This document shows, one piece after another, positions 56,024 through 64,000 of a stretch of 64,000 nucleotides of DNA. Both the position numbers and the translations under genes were made by a program. The notes beneath the pieces were generated by a model, which was not told the DNA's origin, made no database searches, and saw only the letters and a program-made list of their open reading frames with translations. Every line of letters begins with the position of its first letter. Within the stretch, counting starts at the first letter, position 1. The stretch is taken from the NCBI GenBank assembly GCA_964543335.1, contig CAZIXS010000001.1:2903-66902 (forward strand), written 5' to 3'. Origin of the DNA: an uncultured Phycisphaeraceae bacterium. Lineage in GTDB: Bacteria > Planctomycetota > Phycisphaerae > Phycisphaerales > UBA1924.

Positions 56024-58942
56024 ATGTGCAGACCATTTCGTTTTGGCTACGCCGCGCTTGTGTGTGCAGCGGCGATCATCATGGCACCGACCGCCTCGCT
56101 CGCGGCCGACTCTGGCCAGGCCGAGGTCAAGCCAATCACGGAGGATCTGACGCTGGAGCGGATTTTCCCTGAAGAATCACCCTTCGGGCCCGGCGCAAGC
56201 TCGATGGAGTTCTCCCACGACGGGCGGTATGCCGCGTTCCTGTACCGGCCACGCCTCGAGCGCCGGCACGGCAACGACCTCTGGCTCTATGACTCCGAAA
56301 CGGGAGCCATCGAGCGGATCACTTCGGTCAGCGTGCTCGCACCGTTCCAGTCCGACACGCGCGAAGTGGCCGATGACCGGACCGAGCGGGCCAAGAAGGC
56401 CGGTAAGGGCACCAAGAAGTCCGATAACGATGGCACCTCTGCTCCGGATGATCAACTCGCCGGTGAATGGTCCGGACGCGTGCAGGGCGATGCGCTTCCG
56501 TCTGGAGTCGAGGCGACGCTGACCCTCACCAAGTCCAACGATACCTACTCCGCGAAGCTGACCAGCGCGCTGTTCGATCTCGTCTCCAAATCTGTGGAGT
56601 TCGATGCGGAATCCGGCTCGATCACCATCGCTCTGGAATCCGCAGACCAGGCCGGGCGCACCGTGTCCGGTTCCTTCGAAGGAACCCTTACTGATGAGGG
56701 GATCACGGGTGATCTCTCTCTCGATCCACTCGGCTGGGAACTGACATTCACCGGTGCCCGCCATGAAGCCGGGGAGCACTCCGGCGATGCCGGCGCAGCC
56801 GACGGAGAAATCAACCTCGCCGACCTGGTTCTGGAAGACGATCACAAGCACCGTGGCCCACGCTACAGCGGGGTGAGCAGTTACGAGTGGTCGCCGACGA
56901 AGAACGAACTCATGTTCATGTCACGCGGCGACCTCTACCTGCTGGATATCGAGTCACGCGACATCGAGCGGCTGACTATGACGCGCGACTCGCTGCGTGA
57001 TGTGCAGTTCCTGCCGGACGGGTCGGGCTACACCTATCTGAATGGAAGCGCACTGATCCGTGTGTCCTTCGGGTCCCACACGATGGTTCAGTTGGACCCC
57101 GAATTGCCCGGCGGCCAGACGATGTCTGGCTATCGCATCAGCCCGGACGGCAAGCGGCTCGTGTTCCTCGCGAATCGCGGGAGCGGGTACTTCGCCGGCG
57201 CTCGCACCGTCAACATCATCAGTTATCGCAACCGCTTCGCGGAAGTCCGCCAGGTCACCCGCCATGTCTCCGATGACCAGCGTCCTGATCTGGAGACCTT
57301 TGTCTATCTCTACGAGATGGACCCCGATCTTTCCGAGAAGACCGAGCCCAAGATGGTGTACACCCGCAAGTCTTCCGGACCGCGGGACATCATGATCGTT
57401 CCCGACTGGGCACCGGATTCCAGCCGCGTGGCCTTCAGTGTCTTTGATCAGGAAACCAGCCAGATCAAGATCATGGAAGCTCGATTCGTCGAGAAAGAGT
57501 CCGAAGAGGCAGGAGAGTCCGACTCGGATTCGTCTGAGGACACTCAGCCCGACGCGGAACCGGAATACGAGATCGAAGACGCCCGTGTGGTGTACGAGTT
57601 CTTCCACAATGGCGGCCCGAACACGCCGCGCATGGTGGTCCCGACCTACCTGCCCGACAGCCGCCGGATGGTCTTCCTGACCGAGCTTTCCGGATTCCGA
57701 CACCTGCACACGCTCGACCCGGTCTACGAGCAACTCGAGCAGCTCACTTCCGGACGCTTCGAGGTCTACCCGGTCGGCGTCACCCGTGACCACACCGCCA
57801 TGCTCGCCCTTGCGACCAAGGACGATCCCACGCAGCAGCAGGTCTTCCGCGTGGATCTCACCACGGGCGAGATGACCCGGGTGTCACCGATCGATGGCTA
57901 CTACTCCAGCCCGGCGATGAGCCCGGATGGCCGGAACTACCTCGCGACCTTTGTCGACTTCGGCACGCTGCGCGAATTGGTCGCCTTCGAGCATGACTCG
58001 GAGAATCACCGCGCACTCACCGACGAAGCTCGCGCCATCACCGAGCCGATGCCGGAGTACTTCACCTACCAGAACCGTCACGGCCAGACCATTCACGGCC
58101 ACATGTTCCTGCCCCCCGGGTACGACAAGGCCCAGCAGCGTCCGCTGCTCATCTATGTCTACGGCGGTCCGCTCGGGACCCGCAAGATGACCTCGCGAGG
58201 GGATTTCTCCGCACCCGGGTATTACTTCGCCTACTACATGGCGATGAAGCATGGCTACATCACCGCGACCATCGATCCGCGTGGTGCGTCGGGCTTCGGT
58301 GCGGTTTTCGAGAAGGCCAACTTCGAGCAGGTCGGCGTCCCGCAGACCGAGGATCTCGTGGACGGTGCCGAGTGGTTCGTCGAGCACTACAACGCCGATC
58401 CGGCTCGACGCGCCATGCACGGCTGGTCGTTCGGCGGCTTCCAGACCCAGATGGTCATGTACACCGAGCCCGATGTCTTCGCCGCCGGCATGGCCGGGGC
58501 AGGCCCGACCGAGTGGGAGAACTACAACTCGTGGTACTCCACCGGCACCATCGGCAACTCACGCATCGGCAACCCGGATCTGCAGGCGTACTCCCTGCTC
58601 CCGGTCGCGAAGAACCTGACCGGGCAGCTCCTGCTCGTGCACGGCGTGGAAGATGCCAATGTTCTCTACCAGGACACCATCCGCGTCTACCGAGAACTGC
58701 TTCAGGCCGGCAAGGAAGCACAGGTCGAACTCTTCATCGACCCCACCGGAGGCCACGGCCTCGGCGGCGATGTGAAGACCATCAACCGCTATCGCAAGTA
58801 CGAGAGCTTCCTGCTCCGCACAATCGGGCGATTCGACAGCCCCGAGGCGGCCGAAGAGACCGAAGCCGAGGAGGTCGCCGAAGAGGCGGTCGAGGAAGAA
58901 GAGGTCATCGACGAGGAAATGGTCGAGGAGCTGATTCCCTAA
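56024..58942 (+). CDS. Secreted S9-family serine peptidase (beta-propeller + prolyl-oligopeptidase/DPP catalytic domain)
   Basis: AGGAGA SD. Signal peptide MCRPFRFGYAALVCAAAIIMAPTASLAA. GWSFGG nucleophile motif, later D and H motifs (HGVEDANV, GGHGL). Acidic C-terminal tail. Confidence 0.85.
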   Translation: MCRPFRFGYAALVCAAAIIMAPTASLAADSGQAEVKPITEDLTLERIFPEESPFGPGASSMEFSHDGRYAAFLYRPRLERRHGNDLWLYDSETGAIERITSVSVLAPFQSDTREVADDRTERAKKAGKGTKKSDNDGTSAPDDQLAGEWSGRVQGDALPSGVEATLTLTKSNDTYSAKLTSALFDLVSKSVEFDAESGSITIALESADQAGRTVSGSFEGTLTDEGITGDLSLDPLGWELTFTGARHEAGEHSGDAGAADGEINLADLVLEDDHKHRGPRYSGVSSYEWSPTKNELMFMSRGDLYLLDIESRDIERLTMTRDSLRDVQFLPDGSGYTYLNGSALIRVSFGSHTMVQLDPELPGGQTMSGYRISPDGKRLVFLANRGSGYFAGARTVNIISYRNRFAEVRQVTRHVSDDQRPDLETFVYLYEMDPDLSEKTEPKMVYTRKSSGPRDIMIVPDWAPDSSRVAFSVFDQETSQIKIMEARFVEKESEEAGESDSDSSEDTQPDAEPEYEIEDARVVYEFFHNGGPNTPRMVVPTYLPDSRRMVFLTELSGFRHLHTLDPVYEQLEQLTSGRFEVYPVGVTRDHTAMLALATKDDPTQQQVFRVDLTTGEMTRVSPIDGYYSSPAMSPDGRNYLATFVDFGTLRELVAFEHDSENHRALTDEARAITEPMPEYFTYQNRHGQTIHGHMFLPPGYDKAQQRPLLIYVYGGPLGTRKMTSRGDFSAPGYYFAYYMAMKHGYITATIDPRGASGFGAVFEKANFEQVGVPQTEDLVDGAEWFVEHYNADPARRAMHGWSFGGFQTQMVMYTEPDVFAAGMAGAGPTEWENYNSWYSTGTIGNSRIGNPDLQAYSLLPVAKNLTGQLLLVHGVEDANVLYQDTIRVYRELLQAGKEAQVELFIDPTGGHGLGGDVKTINRYRKYESFLLRTIGRFDSPEAAEETEAEEVAEEAVEEEEVIDEEMVEELIP

Positions 58943-58971
58943 TCACCTCGCAACATCGGGTTCTCAAATCG

Positions 58972-59005
58972 AAAAGCACCGGCCGTAGACCGGTGCTTTT
59001 CTCTT
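58972..59005 (+). terminator. Intrinsic terminator after the S9 peptidase gene
   Basis: 11-bp stem AAAAGCACCGG / CCGGTGCTTTT followed by CTCTT. Confidence 0.8.
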
Positions 59006-59024
59006 GCCCGGATAGACTGTCGCT

Positions 59025-59318
59025 ATGCCCTCCGCGCACACCGCACGCGAGAATCTCACCGATGCCATCGTCTGGATCTTGGAAACCATCGTGTGCGCGG
59101 TGATCATCGCCGCGTTCGCCGGATTCCTGATCGGCGACCTCATCGGTGACAGCCGCTGGCGATCCGTCTTCGCCTTTGTCTCGATCTGGTTCCTCGGAGG
59201 CCTCTGCGCGACCATCGATGTCCGCCATCGTCGAAGAAAACGGCGCGAGCCAGGGGTCAGATCCCCCGAACCGACGCCGGATCAATGGACAGCACCATCA
59301 GATCGCCCAGGCGACTGA
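59025..59318 (+). CDS. Small two-TM membrane protein, hypothetical
   Basis: 97-aa ORF with strong G/C third-position bias over the first ~75 codons. Two hydrophobic helices, then RHRRRKRR. The 3' end overlaps the convergent gene by ~60 nt. Confidence 0.45.
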   Translation: MPSAHTARENLTDAIVWILETIVCAVIIAAFAGFLIGDLIGDSRWRSVFAFVSIWFLGGLCATIDVRHRRRKRREPGVRSPEPTPDQWTAPSDRPGD

Positions 59319-60009
59319 GTTCGCCGGTGATTTCCACCGGCTCCCCGATCCGCTCCAGCATATCGGGGGCGAGCCCGGCGCCGTCGGTGGCGACGAGCAG
59401 GTAATACGACGCGCGGCCGCTCGCGTCGCGTGTCACGAGCACTGGCGGGATCCCTCCTCGGATGCACAGGATGGCGCAGGCGCGGTGGCCCTGGCCTTCG
59501 CCGGGCTTCATGGCGCCGAGGAAGCACTTGCTGTCCATGATCTCGCCCCGCAGCGTGACGGGGCCGAGTCGCGCGGTGGTCGGCGTCGGCACAGCGGCAG
59601 CGTTTTCGAGGGATGCGATCGCGCGTTCCTCGGGAACGAGTTCGAAGATGCGTCGCCCGTCGCGTTCGAGTTCGAAGCCCGTGACTGAGACGCGCTGCCC
59701 ATCGAACGCGCGGGCTCGTTCGGTCCCGACTTTGCCCATCTCGACCAGCAGCACGATCTCCGTCTCGCCTGCTCGTTCGATTTCCAGCAACGGGTATGGG
59801 TCCGCTCGCAGCACTCCTTTCCAGGTCTGCTCGTTGCTGAGGTCCCACATACCGGTGCCGGGGTCCTGCATCCGCCACGCCACCAGGCCGGTCGAGATCG
59901 CGCCGAGCCAGAGCAGCACGGGAACCAGCACGCGGAGAAATCGCTTGTCCCGCGCTGGCGTCGGCAGGTAGCCGACATAAAGCTCATGGTCGCGATTGCG
60001 CTCAGCCAT
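59257..60009 (-). CDS. Membrane-anchored conserved hypothetical protein with Cys/His-rich motif
   Basis: One TM (FLRVLVPVLLWLGAISTGLVAW). C-terminal CFLGAMKPGEGQGHRACAILCIRGG motif. Last gene of the Rieske operon. An alternative start is at 60036. Confidence 0.6.
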   Translation of the reverse strand: MAERNRDHELYVGYLPTPARDKRFLRVLVPVLLWLGAISTGLVAWRMQDPGTGMWDLSNEQTWKGVLRADPYPLLEIERAGETEIVLLVEMGKVGTERARAFDGQRVSVTGFELERDGRRIFELVPEERAIASLENAAAVPTPTTARLGPVTLRGEIMDSKCFLGAMKPGEGQGHRACAILCIRGGIPPVLVTRDASGRASYYLLVATDGAGLAPDMLERIGEPVEITGELSRLGDLMVLSIDPASVRGI

Positions 60010-61090
60010 CGCTCGGCCCCTTTCGCTCCACGCCACGCTGGGCCCGTGCCGGCTCGACCGGTGTGCCCGGTGCGTTCGCCTTTGGGTTCACATACACCCG
60101 CTCGCCCGCAATCCGCACTTCGTAGGTCGGGATTTTCTCGGTATACGGCGGCGGGGACTGGCCGTCGGTCGCCCGGTACTGATAGCCGTGCCACGGGCAG
60201 GTGATGCACCCGTTCACGATCGCACCCTCGCCGAGCGGTCCACCCTGGTGAGCGCACACATTCGAAACCGCGGAGTACGAATCGCCGTCGCGGAAGACCG
60301 CGATGCGTTCGCCGTTTGCCGGGCAGAGCACCGTCGCCCGGCCATCCTCGATCGCGTCGAGGCGCCCGGCGTCGAGCCAGCCCTTGAGGTCTGGCTGACG
60401 CTGCGCAAGTTCGGATGGTTCGCGCGTGACCTCTCGCAAGCCCGCCAGCAGGTGCAGCATCCCGAGCCCGATCACGCCCGTTCCCAGCAGCACCGGATAG
60501 AGCACGCTCCGCTCGCTCTGCATGGCGCCGAACACGACATGCGCAATAAGCAGCGCGTACGCGACATAGACGAGCATGTGCAAAGACTTCCACACCCGCG
60601 GCGTCAGGTTCTTGAGCCAGTAGTCATGGCTTGTTGCCGCCATCGCGAAGAGGATCAGCAGCGCGAGGAACCCGAAGAACTCGTACGGCAACCCGCTGGG
60701 CCAGGACATCGATCGATCCGGGGCGAGCACCGCCAGGAGCGGATTCCGATTCCCGAACCCGCCGTAGAACAGGACGACCAGGACCGCGTGCGCCAGAGCA
60801 ACGAAGAACAGCATGACGCCGAGGTGGCGTCGGTTGTAGAGCAGGGGCAGGAACCGCCGGTCGAGTCGCGCCAACGGTCCGATCGCCAGAACGATGTGCA
60901 GCAGCAGCAGGGCGGTCACGCCGAAGGCCCGCAGGAGCAGGATGGGCCCGCTGAGTGCGTGGGCGTCGGTGTGCACGAGGGAACCGACGAGCACGAACGC
61001 GCCGACGAAGCAGGCGATGCCTCCGATCACCGTGGCATCGTAGATGCGCTTGTGACGGTTCCACTGCACCCAGCGATAGGAGACGCTCAT
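60002..61090 (-). CDS. Ferric-reductase-like (YedZ/FRD-type, di-haem) transmembrane domain fused to a Rieske [2Fe-2S] domain
   Basis: Six hydrophobic helices with paired His residues (LLLLHIVL, VALAHAVL, SLHMLVY..IAHVVF). C-terminal Rieske motifs CAHQGGPL and CPWHGYQY. Confidence 0.75.
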   Translation of the reverse strand: MSVSYRWVQWNRHKRIYDATVIGGIACFVGAFVLVGSLVHTDAHALSGPILLLRAFGVTALLLLHIVLAIGPLARLDRRFLPLLYNRRHLGVMLFFVALAHAVLVVLFYGGFGNRNPLLAVLAPDRSMSWPSGLPYEFFGFLALLILFAMAATSHDYWLKNLTPRVWKSLHMLVYVAYALLIAHVVFGAMQSERSVLYPVLLGTGVIGLGMLHLLAGLREVTREPSELAQRQPDLKGWLDAGRLDAIEDGRATVLCPANGERIAVFRDGDSYSAVSNVCAHQGGPLGEGAIVNGCITCPWHGYQYRATDGQSPPPYTEKIPTYEVRIAGERVYVNPKANAPGTPVEPARAQRGVERKGPSDG

Positions 61091-61260
61091 GACAGAGCCT
61101 CGCCGTCGGTCTGTGAGGTTGCGGGCAGGTGGGGGAGATCGTCCGTTTCCTGAACCGGCGGCTCGGTTCTCCCGAACCATCCGAGCACGATCATCAGCAC
61201 CGCCACCGGCAGCACGACTGCCCACATCACAAGGTGACGCTGACGCTGGGCAGGGGTCAT
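61087..61260 (-). CDS. Micro-membrane protein (57 aa), hypothetical
   Basis: MTPAQRQRHLVMWAVVLPVAVLMIVLGWFG... ATGA overlaps at both ends tie it into the operon. Confidence 0.45.
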   Translation of the reverse strand: MTPAQRQRHLVMWAVVLPVAVLMIVLGWFGRTEPPVQETDDLPHLPATSQTDGEALS

Positions 61261-61472
61261 TCGCCGACCTCCGGACGGTTCTTGAAGCGAGACAACAGCA
61301 GTGGCCACACCACGATCGAGCCGGGCAGGAGCAGCAGGCGAACATGAGACGAAGAGGCCCGCAGCGCTTCATCCTGCTGCGGCGCGGCCCGGAGCAGATA
61401 CGCGGTGCCAACGACCATCCCGAACAGGGCGTAGGCACCAGCCAATACCACGATGATGGTGATCGGGATCAT
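61257..61472 (-). CDS. Small two-TM membrane protein (71 aa), hypothetical
   Basis: MIPITIIVVLAGAYALFGMVVGTAYLL...LLLLPGSIVVWPLLL. First gene of the coupled four-gene set. Confidence 0.5.
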   Translation of the reverse strand: MIPITIIVVLAGAYALFGMVVGTAYLLRAAPQQDEALRASSSHVRLLLLPGSIVVWPLLLSRFKNRPEVGE

Positions 61473-61529
61473 CCGCTATCAATTTACCCGGCAGAGCGTT
61501 TCTTCCCCAGAACTTTGTGAAAACCGCGT

Positions 61530-61748
61530 TCAGTCGCGGTATTCAAACACCTCATCCAGCCGCCGCCCTAATGCCGCGGCGATCTGGAACGCCGCCTCCA
61601 GCGACGGCGAGTACTTCTCCCCCTCGATCGCGTTTACCGTCTGCCGGCTCACCCCGATCGCGTCCGCCAACCCCTGCTGCGTCAGCCCGCACTCGGTCCG
61701 CAGTTCCCGGATCCGGTTCCGCACCCGCGGCTTCTTCTTCTTGCCCAC
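61530..61748 (-). CDS. Small XRE-family HTH transcriptional regulator
   Basis: IRELRTECGLTQQGLADAIGVSRQTVNAIEGEKYSPSLEAAFQIAAAL; 72 aa. Confidence 0.88.
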   Translation of the reverse strand: MGKKKKPRVRNRIRELRTECGLTQQGLADAIGVSRQTVNAIEGEKYSPSLEAAFQIAAALGRRLDEVFEYRD

Positions 61749-61749
61749 C

Positions 61750-62169
61750 TCACATCCCCCGCCGGTAGTACAGGATCTGCAGACCGTACTGCATCATCTG
61801 CGAGGCGAACAGCGACAACAGCAGCAGATGGGCCACCAGCACCGGCTCGACCGACGCCGCCATGCATGCCAGTGCCGTCATGATCCCCGCCGCCAGCACC
61901 CACGACGAGTTGCTCTCCGACCGCCACCCGATCACCCGGTCCCGCTCATCGCGCTTCTCGGCCTTGCCAACCACCGCCGCGAAGATGTGCCCGATCACCA
62001 GAATGATCACCATCAGCGCGACCGCGACCATGAACACCGCGGCGTACGCCTCCAGCCGATCCACCCCGTTCGCATACATCACCCCCGCCACCCACAGATA
62101 CGCCGCGAGCGACACCCCGGTGCCGACGAGCTGAATCCAGACGCTCTTCTCTTCAAACGATGCACTCAC
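61750..62169 (-). CDS. Four-TM membrane protein commonly paired with small XRE regulators (DUF2178-like, tentative)
   Basis: GTG start with GGAGG SD. Four hydrophobic helices. The stop is 1 nt from the HTH gene start. Confidence 0.6.
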   Translation of the reverse strand: MSASFEEKSVWIQLVGTGVSLAAYLWVAGVMYANGVDRLEAYAAVFMVAVALMVIILVIGHIFAAVVGKAEKRDERDRVIGWRSESNSSWVLAAGIMTALACMAASVEPVLVAHLLLLSLFASQMMQYGLQILYYRRGM

Positions 62170-62203
62170 GACACCTCCGATCCACCGGCCGGAATGGCTG
62201 GTA

Positions 62204-62248
62204 TGTCAAATATACTTGACACCGGTGGTATGTCAAGTGTTCTTGACA
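62204..62248 (-). promoter_or_regulatory. Twin palindromic operators overlapping a sigma70-like promoter
   Basis: TGTCAAATATACTTGACA (62204-62221) and TGTCAAGTGTTCTTGACA (62231-62248). On the minus strand, the -35 TTGACA (62231-62236) is followed by a 16-nt spacer and the -10 TATATT (62209-62214). This lies ~40 nt upstream of GTG 62169. Confidence 0.6.
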
Positions 62249-62250
62249 TG

Positions 62251-62284
62251 CAAAAAGCAAAAGCCCGGAGCGCAAACTCCGGGC
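62251..62284 (-). terminator. gcvP intrinsic terminator
   Basis: GCCCGGAG-tttgcg-CTCCGGGC on the minus strand, followed by TTTTGCTTTTT. Confidence 0.75.
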
Positions 62285-62311
62285 ATCTCTTCGTGCTCCA
62301 CATTCAGGGCT

Positions 62312-62340
62312 GGTACCCGGAGCTCGCGCGCCGGGCTCTT
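62312..62340. repeat. Second copy of the 29-nt hairpin element
   Basis: GGTACCCGGAGCTCGCGCGCCGGGCTCTT is identical at 28/29 positions to 2426-2454. It begins 1 nt after the gcvP stop. Confidence 0.85.
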
Positions 62341-62341
62341 A

Positions 62342-64000
<1,659 letters not shown>

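Overview
GC-rich bacterial chromosomal window. G+C was not computed; codon third positions are strongly G/C-biased, which produces many long shadow ORFs on the opposite strand. Gene content suggests a PVC-group bacterium (Planctomycetota/Phycisphaerae-like): a PEP-CTERM protein, many prepilin-type proteins, HDOD/GGDEF/HD-GYP signalling, and TPR-sulfotransferase. That placement is only an inference. About 60 protein genes and one tRNA-Thr(CGU) are supported. Most are housekeeping: uvrC, tsaD, S41 protease, hflX, dut, nuoI-like, ogt, pyk, cinA, phoU, eno, gcvP. The most interesting region is about 37.9-55.8 kb. It holds a T2SS/T4P-hybrid machine on the minus strand, with GspE, GspF, PilM/N/O-like, a GspB/PilP-like protein and five pseudopilins. 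No secretin or prepilin peptidase lies in the window. The machine is preceded by, and translationally coupled to, a histidine kinase plus a STAS protein. Its ATPase carries an apparently intact MshEN-type c-di-GMP-binding motif. One minor pseudopilin is fused to a LamG domain. The neighbours are a response regulator plus GAF-HD-GYP pair and a second GspE-type ATPase fused to an FHA domain next to a double-PA14 protein. Other notable items: a low-GC 0.5 kb cassette bracketed by 34-bp inverted repeats (1791-2291); a ferric-reductase-TM::Rieske fusion operon with two micro-membrane proteins (59.2-61.5 kb); twin TGTCAA-N6-TTGACA operators overlapping a promoter (62.2 kb); a 29-nt hairpin element repeated after two unrelated genes; and two candidate small-RNA loci. 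No CRISPR array, transposase, integrase, rRNA or recognisable defence system was seen. All calls come from reading translations and sequence by eye. No database search was run, so family names are motif-level assignments.
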